DNA from: an uncultured Nitrososphaerota archaeon
Lineage (GTDB): Archaea > Thermoproteota > Nitrososphaeria > Nitrososphaerales > Gagatemarchaeaceae
Assembly (NCBI GenBank): GCA_963703285.1
Contig: OY969807.1
Span: forward strand, 1,824,001 to 1,888,000
Direction: 5' to 3'
DNA: 64,000 nucleotides
The position numbers and the translations under genes were made by a program. Each line of letters begins with the position of its first letter. The stretch's first letter is position 1. Below, in pieces: positions 20,836-30,722 of the stretch. Under the pieces are notes generated by a model. That model had not been told where the DNA came from, did no database searches, and saw only the letters and a list, made by a program, of their open reading frames with translations.

Positions 20836-21291
20836 TCACTCTGAGACGAGCGGGTACCTGAAATCCTCCTTGTAGGTGTTCAGGACGAGGTGGGTGTTGG
20901 TCCGCTCGACGTGGGGGATGGTCAGGAGCTCCTTGGCGAACTTGCTGACCTCGTCTCTGTTCCTGAACTTCGAGACGACTATGCTGTCCTCGATTCCCGT
21001 GACGTCGTAGACGGCGCAGACCGAGCTCATCTTCGCGATCCTCTCCTGAACCTCGACGAGCTTGCCCTTCGAGACGGTGACCTCGGTGATGGTCGTGATC
21101 TCGTACCCCAGCTTCTCCTGGTTCGTCAGCACCGAATATCCCTTCACTATGCCCTCGCCCTCCATCTTCCTCACTCTCTGGGCCACCGTGACCACGGAGA
21201 CGCCCGTCTTCTTGGCGAGGTCCCTGAAGGACTGGCGCCCGTCAATCTCAAGCTCCTTGAGCAGCGACCTGTCCAGATTGTCCAGTTTCAT
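20836..21291 (-). CDS. Lrp/AsnC transcriptional regulator
   Basis: LDNLDRSLLKEL..DGRQSFRDLA HTH, YDVTG RAM domain, divergent from glnA. Confidence 0.93.
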   Translation of the reverse strand: MKLDNLDRSLLKELEIDGRQSFRDLAKKTGVSVVTVAQRVRKMEGEGIVKGYSVLTNQEKLGYEITTITEVTVSKGKLVEVQERIAKMSSVCAVYDVTGIEDSIVVSKFRNRDEVSKFAKELLTIPHVERTNTHLVLNTYKEDFRYPLVSE

Positions 21292-21406
21292 CTGTGAACA
21301 GGAAGCCCATGATACCACCCATTTGATAAGTGTTTTTATGTATCAACTTGGACGAATGTAAGACAACGGAGCAAAACTTATAACCGCAGATTTGGGATGC
21401 GGTCCA

Positions 21407-22870
21407 ATGCCTTTCGACACGACGACAAAAGGCTATGTTCCTAGAGTCAGGACTCCGAAACAGATAGTTGACGCGGTGGCTTCAAAGGGCGTAAGGTTCA
21501 TCGACCTGCAGTTCGCCGACGTTCCGGGCCGGACCCAGCACGTCACCATCTCGAACAAGATGCTGGAGGTGGAGACGTTCAAGGACGGCATCCCGAAGCT
21601 CGACGGGTCTTCCATCAAGGGTTTCGCGGAGATCTTCGACTCCGACATGCTCCTGCTCCCTGACCCTTCGACCTACGGGGTCATCCCCTGGGGCGACGAG
21701 CGCTTTCCGACGGCGAGGATGATCTGCGACGTTCACTGGGGTTATCAGAAGGGGAGGTTCTCGCGGGATCCGCGCTTCGTCGCACAGAAGGCAGAGGACG
21801 CTATCAAGTCCGCCGGTTTCACTAACTCCTACTGGGGGCCGGAGATGGAGTTCTTCGTCTTCGACTCGGCAACCTGGGACGTCTCGAGCCCGTTCGGGAC
21901 CAGCCACAAGATTACATCCGTGGAGTCTGCCAACGAGGCCCGCGGCACAAACTATCCGATAAGGTTCAAGGAAGGGTACTACCCCACGCCGCCGTCGGAC
22001 ACCCTCCAAGACTACAGAAGCGAGGTCGCGTACCACCTCGACGAGTCTTTCGGCATCATCAACGACGCGCACCACCACGAAGTGGCGACCGCGGGGCAGT
22101 GCGAGATCAACATCTACCGGGATACACTCACAGCGATGGCAGACAGCATCCTCACCTACAAGTACGTGATAAAGAACGTCGCTTCGAAGAGGGGGATGAT
22201 AGCGACGATAATGCCGAAGCCGATCTTCGGCGACAACGCATCTGGGATGCACGTCTCCTCGAGTCTCTGGAAAGGGGACACGAACGCCTTCTATGACGAG
22301 AAGGACGATTACGCGAACCTCTCCCAGACCGGGAGGTACTACGTAGGGGGGCTCCTGGCACACAGCAGGGCGCTTTGCGCGATCACCAACCCGACCACCA
22401 ACTCGTACAGGAGATTGGTGCCGGGCTACGAGGCCCCCGTCTACGTGGCCTGGAGCAGAGGCAACCGCTCCGCGAACGTGAGGATCCCGCTCCACTACAA
22501 GGGGAAGTCCGGCATGAAGGTGAAGAGGGCAGAGTTCAGAACGCCAGACCCGTCCACCAACCCGTATCTGGCATTCGCGGCCATCGCCTCGGCCGGCCTC
22601 GATGGCATTAAGCACAAGCTCGACCCGGGGGACCCGGTAAACGAAGACATCTACGAGCTGACGCCGAAGAAGAGGAAGGAGCTGGGCGTCAAGGAGCTCC
22701 CAGGAAGCCTCCTCGAGGCGATCGAGTGCCTCAAGAGCGACTCGTCCTTCCTCAAGGGCGTCTTCTCGGACGACCTCGTGGAGATGATGATTGAGCTCGA
22801 GATGGCCAACTACCGCGCGGTATCAGCGAGGCCGCACCCGTACGAGTTCTATCTGTACTTCGACATATGA
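21407..22870 (+). CDS. glnA: Type I glutamine synthetase
   Basis: DGSSI, HHHEVA, MPKPIFGDNASGMH, NSYRRLVPGYEAP, EFRTPD. Confidence 0.97.
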   Translation: MPFDTTTKGYVPRVRTPKQIVDAVASKGVRFIDLQFADVPGRTQHVTISNKMLEVETFKDGIPKLDGSSIKGFAEIFDSDMLLLPDPSTYGVIPWGDERFPTARMICDVHWGYQKGRFSRDPRFVAQKAEDAIKSAGFTNSYWGPEMEFFVFDSATWDVSSPFGTSHKITSVESANEARGTNYPIRFKEGYYPTPPSDTLQDYRSEVAYHLDESFGIINDAHHHEVATAGQCEINIYRDTLTAMADSILTYKYVIKNVASKRGMIATIMPKPIFGDNASGMHVSSSLWKGDTNAFYDEKDDYANLSQTGRYYVGGLLAHSRALCAITNPTTNSYRRLVPGYEAPVYVAWSRGNRSANVRIPLHYKGKSGMKVKRAEFRTPDPSTNPYLAFAAIASAGLDGIKHKLDPGDPVNEDIYELTPKKRKELGVKELPGSLLEAIECLKSDSSFLKGVFSDDLVEMMIELEMANYRAVSARPHPYEFYLYFDI

Positions 22871-22904
22871 AAGGCAAGTTCTACCCGTTCTGGTCTAGAG
22901 AATC

Positions 22905-24068
22905 ATGGCTACAGAGAAGCGCGGTACAAGCGAAAGTCGAAGGAGCCAGTTGCGCGACGCTACCAGAGTGATTCGGGCCGGCCTTCCGCCGGCGTCGCAG
23001 GGGGACCCCTTCCTGCCCGGTCCCACATTTGCCAGCGCCTACCATTTCAGCGGAGAACCAAGCTCCTCCCCATACACGTATGGGAGATACCACAATCCAA
23101 CTTGGACTCATTTTGAGCAGGCTCTGAGCGAGCTGGAGGGGGGACCTTCGGTCGTTTTCGCGTCGGGGATGGCGGGAGTAATGGCCGTCTTCGGAACTGC
23201 GCTGCGCTCCCACGGCCGCGGCAACGTCGTAGTGATGCCGAGCGACGGCTACTATACTGCGCGTGCGCTGGCGAGCGGATACCTCTCACTATCGGGAATC
23301 GAAACGCGTTTGGCACCCACCGGTGGCGATGCGCAATTGGAAAAGCTAGAAGGAGCAACCTTGCTGTGGCTCGAAACACCCTGCAACCCAGGGCTTGATG
23401 TATGTGACTTGTCGAAGCTTATCGAAGCTGCCCATCGTCGAGGCGCGGTTGTCGCCGTGGACAACACGACTGCGACCGTTCTCGGCCAGAAGCCGTTGGA
23501 ATTTGGGGCGGATTTCTCGATTTCTAGCGATTCAAAGGCGCTTACAGGACACAACGACCTCACGTTGGGCCACGTTGCTACCCGCGAGCAATCGTGGGCC
23601 GACGAGCTTAGGACCTTCAGAACGCAACAGGGAGCTGTTCCCGGACCGATGGAAGTATGGCTCGCGCACCGCTCTCTCGCTACCCTGAGCTTGCGATTGG
23701 AGCGGCAATGTGAGAACGCCCTAGGAATTGCGAAATTCCTTACGAAGAGACCGGAAGTGCACCATGTCAGGTATCCGGGACTCCCGCAAGATCTGTCGTA
23801 CAGGATAGCCTCTCACCAGATGAAATACTTCGGGCCGATAGTGAGCTTCGTCCTGGAAAGCAAGCAGATGGCCGACCACTTCCTCGAATCCTGCAACCTT
23901 ATCATCAATGCAACGAGTTTCGGAGGGATTCATAGCAGCGCCGAGAGGCGCGCGCGATGGGGAGGCGATGCCATTCCCGAAGGATTCATTCGACTCAGCG
24001 CTGGCTGCGAAGATCTGCGAGATATCCTCGAGGATTTGACCCAGGCGCTCGATAACCTCTCTCATTGA
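22905..24068 (+). CDS. Cystathionine gamma-lyase family PLP enzyme
   Basis: YGRYHNPT, FASGMA, ETPCNP, VDNT, SDSKALTGH, SFGG, RLSAGCE. Confidence 0.92.
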   Translation: MATEKRGTSESRRSQLRDATRVIRAGLPPASQGDPFLPGPTFASAYHFSGEPSSSPYTYGRYHNPTWTHFEQALSELEGGPSVVFASGMAGVMAVFGTALRSHGRGNVVVMPSDGYYTARALASGYLSLSGIETRLAPTGGDAQLEKLEGATLLWLETPCNPGLDVCDLSKLIEAAHRRGAVVAVDNTTATVLGQKPLEFGADFSISSDSKALTGHNDLTLGHVATREQSWADELRTFRTQQGAVPGPMEVWLAHRSLATLSLRLERQCENALGIAKFLTKRPEVHHVRYPGLPQDLSYRIASHQMKYFGPIVSFVLESKQMADHFLESCNLIINATSFGGIHSSAERRARWGGDAIPEGFIRLSAGCEDLRDILEDLTQALDNLSH

Positions 24069-24413
24069 TTACTCGTGATACTTCAAACAAAGCATTCGAA
24101 CCTTTGGACTATCACACTTTTGGTTCAAGATTCCTTCAGCATTCTCGCATACTCCAGATACTTCGGCACATGAAACTTGAGTTCTATCTGTCCTGAGTTG
24201 AAGGACACTTTTGGATAGGTAGAACTCACTGTTTTCCAGATTCCCAATAGTCCGGACACGAGGAGGGCAATGGAAAGTCTCGACAACGATCATCATTCTT
24301 CCGGTGAATACTTGCCGAAATCCGCTTCTTCTAATCTCGTTTCACCAAAGACGCTATCCGCGCGAGCCATAACACTATAAGGTCACCTGCCTGGAGTTAC
24401 AACCATCGGGGGT

Positions 24414-25364
24414 GTGATTGTGAGTCGGCAGGCGTCTGAACAGGCAATCACAGTCCAACACCTCGTAAAAAGGTACGGGGATTTCGTCGCGGTCAACGAT
24501 GTGTCCTTCTCGATAAAGCAGGGCGAAATCTTTGGAATCATAGGCCCCAACGGCGCCGGCAAGACCACCACCGTGGAATGCATCTCGGGGCTGCGCACGC
24601 CGGATTCGGGCTCGATCAGCATCTACGGACTCTCTCCCCATAAGGACAGGAACAGGATAAGGGAGTTTCTCGGCGTTCAGCTGCAGGAGAGCTCGATGCC
24701 TCCGCGCCTCAAGGTGGGCGAAGCGGTGGACCTCTTCGCCTCTTTCTATCCGAACCCAGTGGACCCGAATGGCCTGCTCGAGACCCTCGGGATAAGCAAC
24801 GTCAAGAATTCCATATACAAGAACCTGTCTGGTGGCCAGAAGCAGAGGCTGTCGATAGCGCTCGCCTTGGTCGGGGACCCGAAGATTGCCATACTGGATG
24901 AGCTGACCACGGGGCTCGACCCGGAAGCCAGGCGCGAGACGTGGGCCCTCATAGAGAGCATCAGAGACCGCGGCGTCACCGTGATACTCGTGACCCACTT
25001 CATGGACGAAGCGGAGAGATTGTGCGACCGTCTCGCCCTGATCAACCACGGCAAGCTCGCGGTGTTGGATACGCCCGAAGCGATTGCCGCGATGGCAGGA
25101 GGCAACAGAGTGCGATTTGTTCCTTCGCAAACAGTTGACGACAAGACTCTGTACGCCATACCTGGTGTGGCTGAGGTTGAGAGAAAAGAAAGATACATCA
25201 CTGTTACCGGTACCGGCGATCTGGCAGCATCCGTCATCAATTCACTTGCGAGAATTGGAGTGCACGTCTCCGAGATAGAAGCAAGAAGAGGGAACCTCGA
25301 CGACGCGTTCGTGAAGCTGACCAGGGACGACGCGTCCAGCCCTTCAGGAGGGGCCCAACCATGA
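24414..25364 (+). CDS. ABC-2 exporter ATP-binding subunit
   Basis: GPNGAGKTT, LSGGQKQR, LDELTTGLD. Confidence 0.95.
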   Translation: MIVSRQASEQAITVQHLVKRYGDFVAVNDVSFSIKQGEIFGIIGPNGAGKTTTVECISGLRTPDSGSISIYGLSPHKDRNRIREFLGVQLQESSMPPRLKVGEAVDLFASFYPNPVDPNGLLETLGISNVKNSIYKNLSGGQKQRLSIALALVGDPKIAILDELTTGLDPEARRETWALIESIRDRGVTVILVTHFMDEAERLCDRLALINHGKLAVLDTPEAIAAMAGGNRVRFVPSQTVDDKTLYAIPGVAEVERKERYITVTGTGDLAASVINSLARIGVHVSEIEARRGNLDDAFVKLTRDDASSPSGGAQP

Positions 25365-26140
25365 CCTCGGTCCCGGGCGAATCGAAAGAGAAGGAATCAC
25401 GAGGCCACTTCTCCGAACTCCTCAAGGTCGAGGGACGGCTCGCCATGCGAGAACGGACAGGGTTGTTCATGGGAATCGGGGTTCCGATCATCTTGCTCGC
25501 AGTATTCGGACTCGTCGGAATAGCAAGCCCAGGGGACGTCCCCGGTACAAGCTATACGGTCATTGAGCTGTACGTTCCAGTAATCATGGTCATGGAATTT
25601 CTGTTTCTTGGAATCTATCTCATGCCTATCACCATGGTGAGGTACCGCGAGATCGGGTGGCTGCGAAGAGTTTCAGTGACTCCAGTGCCTCCCTCGAGAC
25701 TACTCGCAGCCCAGTTTGTCGTCAACCTTGTGCTTGCCTTGACGGGAATCCTGATTGTCATCCTTGGAAGCGAATTGATCTTCGGGGCGTCGCTTGACGT
25801 AGGTATCCCATATTTTGTTCTCTCAATCGTTCTCTCGATTGCCGAGATATTTTCTCTCGGGTTGATTGTTGCGGCCCTCGTTCCCTCACAGTCGCTAGCA
25901 GGCGGCGTGTCCGGAGGGTTGCTCTTTCTCATGTTTTTCCTTGCAGGCCTCTGGGTTCCGCCTGCCACAGTGGGCGGGCCGTTGGCGACGATAATGTACT
26001 ATTCTCCGTCTGGCGCAGCGGCGCAGGCCCTGCTTTACTCGGTCTTCAATACCACCCCACCATGTACGGCAATAGTTACCATGGTCATTTACGCGCTCGT
26101 CTTCTCATTCATAGCGACCCGTTACTTCCGCTGGGAGTGA
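25361..26140 (+). CDS. ABC-2 type permease
   Basis: Six TM helices, YRE..WLRR..TPV, ends FRWE, ATGA overlap with the ATPase. Confidence 0.92.
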   Translation: MTSVPGESKEKESRGHFSELLKVEGRLAMRERTGLFMGIGVPIILLAVFGLVGIASPGDVPGTSYTVIELYVPVIMVMEFLFLGIYLMPITMVRYREIGWLRRVSVTPVPPSRLLAAQFVVNLVLALTGILIVILGSELIFGASLDVGIPYFVLSIVLSIAEIFSLGLIVAALVPSQSLAGGVSGGLLFLMFFLAGLWVPPATVGGPLATIMYYSPSGAAAQALLYSVFNTTPPCTAIVTMVIYALVFSFIATRYFRWE

Positions 26141-26173
26141 CCCGAAGCAGACTCGCAGGCCAGTGCCAGTAAC

Positions 26174-26800
26174 CTAGGGCCGCTCCGCCGCCCCGATCAG
26201 ATCCACGAAGACGACGGGCGCCTCTCCCACCGTCCATGCGTCGTGACCCGCGGGCACATCGAACGCGTCGCCTGGCCCCACCTCCAGCTTCGTCCCGTCG
26301 TTCATCAGGAAACCCATGCGACCGGAGATGACGTAGCCGACGTGACGTATCTCACAGGTGTCGGTCTTCATCAAGGGCTTCATAGATGTGGTCCACTTCC
26401 AACCAGGCTCGAGGGTGCGAATCCCAAACGGGAAATCGTCCATGACGAAGAGCTGGAGTCTCGCCTTCGGCGTATCCTTGACCTCATCCGGTTCGTTGAA
26501 ACTCTTCTTGATGGCGGTCATCCGCCTAGTCTCTCCCCTCCTGCTGACCGTCCGGCCTATGCGGACGACCAACCGCGTGTAGTCTCTTTCGTGCGTCGAT
26601 TCGATGACGCTGTTGCCGCTCTTCTTGGCCCAGGCCTTCACGTCCTTCTCGATGTCGGGTTCGGTCGCCCGAAGCTCGATTTCGTCCCCGACCTTGGCTG
26701 CGCTCCACGCCTTGGTAAGGTCTATCAGAGGCGTCGGAGGGCACCAATTACCCCTCGAATCAACGATTTTGCGCATTTCGCGCTCCGACTGGTTCTTCAT
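26174..26800 (-). CDS. TusA/SirA sulfur-carrier domain fused to a cupin domain
   Basis: N-terminal VDSRGNWCPPTP...GDEIEL...DVKAW. C-terminal CEIRHVGYVISG...PAGHDAW. Confidence 0.85.
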   Translation of the reverse strand: MKNQSEREMRKIVDSRGNWCPPTPLIDLTKAWSAAKVGDEIELRATEPDIEKDVKAWAKKSGNSVIESTHERDYTRLVVRIGRTVSRRGETRRMTAIKKSFNEPDEVKDTPKARLQLFVMDDFPFGIRTLEPGWKWTTSMKPLMKTDTCEIRHVGYVISGRMGFLMNDGTKLEVGPGDAFDVPAGHDAWTVGEAPVVFVDLIGAAERP

Positions 26801-26851
26801 CCCTGATTCACACGCTGATTCTTGATGCTTGGTTAAAAGCCTTGGTAGGCG

Positions 26852-27061
26852 CTATGTGCTCGCTCGTTTCTGCCCGTTCTCCGCCTCGATTCTCGCTTCT
26901 ACTGCCTCGAGCCGTCTCTCGAGAATCCTCTTTTCCTCTTCCAGGTACTCGCGACGGTCTTCGGGCGCGGGATCGGCGTAGTATCGCCACCTAGATTGGT
27001 GGCATCCATAGTGGGGGTGCTCTCTACTGCAACCCCACTCTTCGTGGCAGTGACCACACAT
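26852..27061 (-). CDS. Small Cys/His-rich coiled-coil protein (DUF5320-like)
   Basis: MCGHCH..CS..H..GCH, then EDRREYLEEEKRILERRLEAVEARI. Confidence 0.7.
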   Translation of the reverse strand: MCGHCHEEWGCSREHPHYGCHQSRWRYYADPAPEDRREYLEEEKRILERRLEAVEARIEAENGQKRAST

Positions 27062-27106
27062 TCTTACTCACTCCTCGGCAGGGAGCCCACCTTGCTATTA
27101 ATAAAC

Positions 27107-27144
27107 ATATCAACCGATGCCTTTATTATTATATCAATTGATGT
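27107..27144. promoter_or_regulatory. Two related ATATCAA-N2-GATG boxes, putative PadR operator in a divergent promoter
   Basis: ATATCAACCGATGC (27107-27120) and ATATCAATTGATGT (27131-27144) flank a TTTATTATT TATA-like element. Confidence 0.55.
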
Positions 27145-27159
27145 ATCGGGCGACGTGAA

Positions 27160-27672
27160 ATGGGCGAATACGAGTACGGTCACCACCACGGACCTCACGG
27201 TCCTGGGCCGATGCATGGAGGCTATGGCATGGGTTTCGGGGTTAGGCGCGGTGAGTTCAGCTTCCTAATCCTGATTGCACTCAACGAGAAGCCCATGCAC
27301 GGATACGCTCTGATTCAGGAGATTGGCAGGACCTACCAGCGTCCGATAAGCGCGGGTATAGTGTATCCAACTCTACAAGAATTCGAGGATATGGGATTGG
27401 TGGTCTCCGAAGAGAAGGACGGCAGGAAGGTCTATTCGATTACGGAGGAAGGGAAAAAACACCTCGCAACAAACGCTGATGTGGTCACCCGGTTGAAGGC
27501 GGGACAGGAGTACGCGGGCAAGGTGGGGCAGTTCAGCTTCATGAAGGACATCAGGGACGTCCAGGCAATGATCATGTTGAACGCAGAATACATAAACGAC
27601 GAGAAGATGGAGAGGATACAGAACGCGCTTTCCGAGGCCAAGAGGAAGGTAGCAGCCATTGTCTTCGGCTAG
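27160..27672 (+). CDS. PadR-family regulator with a His-rich N-terminus
   Basis: PMHGYALI, SAGIVYPTL, RKVYSITEEG. Confidence 0.92.
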   Translation: MGEYEYGHHHGPHGPGPMHGGYGMGFGVRRGEFSFLILIALNEKPMHGYALIQEIGRTYQRPISAGIVYPTLQEFEDMGLVVSEEKDGRKVYSITEEGKKHLATNADVVTRLKAGQEYAGKVGQFSFMKDIRDVQAMIMLNAEYINDEKMERIQNALSEAKRKVAAIVFG

Positions 27673-27687
27673 AGGGGTTTGGTCGGG

Positions 27688-28071
27688 ATGAAGATTGGAG
27701 TCGCAACAGACGACGGAAAGACGGTCTCGCCCCACTTCGGCATGGCGAAGTTCTATCTGGTCTTCGAGATGGAGGACGGCACAATCAAGGGGAAGGAGAT
27801 GAGGCCAAAGACAAGGCATCACCACGGAAGGGAGCACGGCGATACCGGCGCAGCGATCAAAGAAGGGGAGGAACACCATGGGCATGCGGAGATGCTCTCG
27901 AACGTCAATGACTGCGAAGCGTTGGTCGCAAGGGGGATGGGGCCGCCGATGTACAACTCCATCCTTCAGATGGGGATCAGACCGTACTTGACGCGGATCG
28001 CAGTGGTTGAGGATGTCGCGCGTGCGTACATCAATGGAACCCTGGACGACAGGGGCGTTGAGAGATCATGA
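27688..28071 (+). CDS. NifB/NifX-like (dinitrogenase Fe-Mo cofactor-binding family) protein
   Basis: MKIGVAT, SPHFGMAKFY, His-rich loop, GMG. Confidence 0.88.
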   Translation: MKIGVATDDGKTVSPHFGMAKFYLVFEMEDGTIKGKEMRPKTRHHHGREHGDTGAAIKEGEEHHGHAEMLSNVNDCEALVARGMGPPMYNSILQMGIRPYLTRIAVVEDVARAYINGTLDDRGVERS

Positions 28072-28553
28072 ACGAGGTCTCGTTCAGGCCAATCGGGGTC
28101 GTGCGCACTCGAGCGACAATCGATGAGATAAGGAGCCACGCCGCGGGGATCGAGTCCGTAGTCGAGATATTCCCAGAGTTCGGACCGGCCCTGGACGGGC
28201 TGGACGGCTTCTCGCACATCTTCGTGCTGAGTTACCTAAATCAGCTCAGGCCCGAGCAGATCGGACCGCTCAAGGTGAGGCCGAAGGCCTTCGTCTGGAT
28301 GGGCCTGAAGCTCGAAGAGCTCCCTACCGTCGGCGTCTTCGCCCTGGACTCGCCCACGCGTCCCAACCCAATAGGCCTGTCCCTCGTTCCTCTGCTGAGG
28401 AGGGAGGGAAACTCGCTCTTCGTCTCGGGGCTCGACTACTTCGACGGGACGCCCGTCCTCGACATCAAGCCCTATGGGCCGAACTATCGGGTCGATGAGT
28501 ATGATCGTCCCGAGTGGCGCAAGAGCCTGCTGCAAAAAGCAGGTCGCAACTGA
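28068..28553 (+). CDS. TrmO/TsaA (YaeB) family SAM-binding protein
   Basis: GVFALDSPTRPNPIGLS, GLDYFDGTPVLDIKPY. Confidence 0.92.
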   Translation: MNEVSFRPIGVVRTRATIDEIRSHAAGIESVVEIFPEFGPALDGLDGFSHIFVLSYLNQLRPEQIGPLKVRPKAFVWMGLKLEELPTVGVFALDSPTRPNPIGLSLVPLLRREGNSLFVSGLDYFDGTPVLDIKPYGPNYRVDEYDRPEWRKSLLQKAGRN

Positions 28554-28564
28554 GCGGTCGCGCC

Positions 28565-28735
28565 GCCGTACCCGTCCCGGGCGAGGAAGCGTTGCTTGGA
28601 AACCATCATGGCCGCCGTGGACGCGGTGAATGTCGGGACGCCATCATGCCGAACAAGGTAACCGTCGACTACGACGAGTCGAAGCCCGCCATCGGGAAGG
28701 TTCTGGATGTCATCAGGGACGGAGGGCACGCGAAT
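28565..28735 (+). pseudogene. Degraded heavy-metal-associated (CopZ/HMA-like) domain remnant
   Basis: PYPSRARK (eroded CxxC) then, after a frameshift, NKVTVDYDESKPAIGKVLDVIRDGG. Confidence 0.45.
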
Positions 28736-28839
28736 CACGGTGCGGGGAACTGCACCGGCATGGGAGGACGACCACCCGTCTCATGGAGGCAGCAGTGGCC
28801 GAATCGACGGCTCGGCTCTTGATGGATGTCGAGGTCGCA

Positions 28840-29187
28840 CTAGGGCCGGGTTACCTGCAGCAACCGGTTGGTTGAGTAGAACCTCTGGCGTATGGAAGCC
28901 CTAACGATTTCGCAGGCCTGCACAATACGCTCGTCCGCTATGCTGTAGTAGGTGTTCAGGCCTTCCCTGCGCTTCTCGAGAATCCCAAGCTGTCTCAGTA
29001 TCGTGAGGTGCTGCGAGAGGTTCGCCTGCCGAATCCCGGTCGCCTCTGCGATCTGGTTGACCGACTTCTCCCCTTCCTTGAGGGTGCTTATTATCAACAA
29101 CCGCTTTGGATGAGCCAGTCCCTTGCAGAATTCGGCTTGCATTCGGAACAGCTCCCTTTCAGGGTCAGGGTCTTGTCTGGGGGCCAT
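28840..29187 (-). CDS. ArsR/SmtB transcriptional regulator
   Basis: LAHPKRLLII, SVNQI, NLSQHL, RREG..YY, two Cys. Confidence 0.93.
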   Translation of the reverse strand: MAPRQDPDPERELFRMQAEFCKGLAHPKRLLIISTLKEGEKSVNQIAEATGIRQANLSQHLTILRQLGILEKRREGLNTYYSIADERIVQACEIVRASIRQRFYSTNRLLQVTRP

Positions 29188-29193
29188 CTCTCG

Positions 29194-30432
29194 TCACTTG
29201 GCTGGAACCTCGCTGATGAACTTTTCCGATTTCGGCTCCTCGAGGACGGAAGTGCTGGTTTTGCCGAAGTAGATGCCCATGAGCCACTCAAGGCTTCCGT
29301 TCATCGTCCTCCAGTACATCTTGGAGAACGACCTCTTCATGGCGTACTTGATGAACGAGGGTGACTGTTCTGCGGCCGGCGACGTATAAGTCGCAGAGAC
29401 GAATATCGCCTTGCGGTGCCCCACCTCCATGGGGCAGTTGATTCTGCCACTGTAGTGAAGCCTCTCTGAGGAACCAGTCATGTCCAACATGATGTTCTCA
29501 GCCACCACGCCCGAGGCCAGGTGAGCCACGACCCCGGACTTCGAGATCGGGATGCTCGTGCAGTCGCCGAGTGCGTAGGCGTCGCCATGATCCTTGACCT
29601 GCATCGTCTCCTTGTCCGCCGGAACCCAACCGTCCTCGTCCCCGATTCCAGAATTGCGTATGACGTCGGTGCCCCGGTGAGGGGGCACGGCGATGAGCAG
29701 ATCGTAGTCCACCGACTCTCCCTCCAGGGAGTACAGTCTGTGGGCCGACGGGTCCACCGACTCGGCGTTGAACAGGGTCATGACCTTGATTCCCCTCTCC
29801 TCGAAGAGCGGTGCGACGACCTTGGACAGGGTCTCGGCCGGGTACGCTCTCGGGTACGGCGTGACGAAGGTGAGGTCAACCTTGTCCCGGAGTCCCCTCC
29901 GTCTGTAGAACTCGTCGATCATGAACGCGGCCTCGTTTGGGGACGGAGGGCACTTGTGGGGGACCCCGGTTATTGCGACGACGACCTTTCCACCCTGGAA
30001 CTTCTGCAGGGCTTCCCACGTCCGCGCCGAGTCTCTTCTTCCGGTGTGGAAGTTGAAGGAATCCTCAGCGAGGCCGGGTAGCAGCGTTGGGTCGGCGAAA
30101 GCGCCTGTCGCTATGACCAGGTAGTCATACCCGAACTTGTGCCCGCCGTCAAGCGTGACAGCTCTCTCCTCCAGGTCTATCTTGGTCGCCGTCTCTTTCC
30201 TGAACGTCACCTCCTTGAGGAGCAGGCCCTCCTCTGGTCTGGCAAGTCTCTCGGGCGCGTAGCCCTTGAACGCTACGTCGAGGTATCCTGGCTGGAAGAT
30301 GTGATCCGCCCTCTGTCCAACCAGATCAACGGAGACCTCCCCTCGATGAATCTGCCCCTTAAGGCCCCTCGCAAGTAGGTTCGCGGTCAGCGTCCCTCCG
30401 CTGCCCGACCCGACGACCAGTAGCCTCTTCAC
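29194..30432 (-). CDS. sqr: Sulfide:quinone oxidoreductase-like flavoprotein (SQR/FCSD family)
   Basis: GSGSGG, HIFQPG, KCPPSPNE, ALGD, SKSG, second Cys in INCP. Confidence 0.88.
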   Translation of the reverse strand: MKRLLVVGSGSGGTLTANLLARGLKGQIHRGEVSVDLVGQRADHIFQPGYLDVAFKGYAPERLARPEEGLLLKEVTFRKETATKIDLEERAVTLDGGHKFGYDYLVIATGAFADPTLLPGLAEDSFNFHTGRRDSARTWEALQKFQGGKVVVAITGVPHKCPPSPNEAAFMIDEFYRRRGLRDKVDLTFVTPYPRAYPAETLSKVVAPLFEERGIKVMTLFNAESVDPSAHRLYSLEGESVDYDLLIAVPPHRGTDVIRNSGIGDEDGWVPADKETMQVKDHGDAYALGDCTSIPISKSGVVAHLASGVVAENIMLDMTGSSERLHYSGRINCPMEVGHRKAIFVSATYTSPAAEQSPSFIKYAMKRSFSKMYWRTMNGSLEWLMGIYFGKTSTSVLEEPKSEKFISEVPAK

Positions 30433-30457
30433 GACCCGACACCGACCGTGGAGCTAT

Positions 30458-30712
30458 CTACCTGCTTCCGACCTTCTTCGTTATCTTGACCAGGAGGCGG
30501 ATGTAGTCCTTCTCGTTGATGACATCCAGCAACTCGTTCCCGCTCTTCCTCGTCCAGGCTTCAACGTCGGGCTTTGCGGCGGGGTCGGTCGCGAGGAGCT
30601 CGATGATGTCCCCAACTTCCGCCTTCCTGTAGGCCTTGAAGAGGTCGGTTATCGGACCCGGACACGAGGTGCCCCGGGAGTCCACGATCTTGTGCTGATC
30701 CAGTGCTGACAC
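30458..30712 (-). CDS. tusA: TusA sulfur carrier
   Basis: VDSRGTSCPGP, LATDP..DVEAW. Confidence 0.92.
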   Translation of the reverse strand: MSALDQHKIVDSRGTSCPGPITDLFKAYRKAEVGDIIELLATDPAAKPDVEAWTRKSGNELLDVINEKDYIRLLVKITKKVGSR

Positions 30713-30722
30713 GTCGAATCGC

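Noticed and set aside
24069-24370. AT-rich spacer with short minus-strand ORFs
   Set aside because: Possibly a gene remnant, but there is no recognisable motif and the frames are interrupted.
27688-28071. Nitrogen fixation gene
   Set aside because: The NifB/NifX-like domain is widespread in non-diazotrophs and no nif genes are present.
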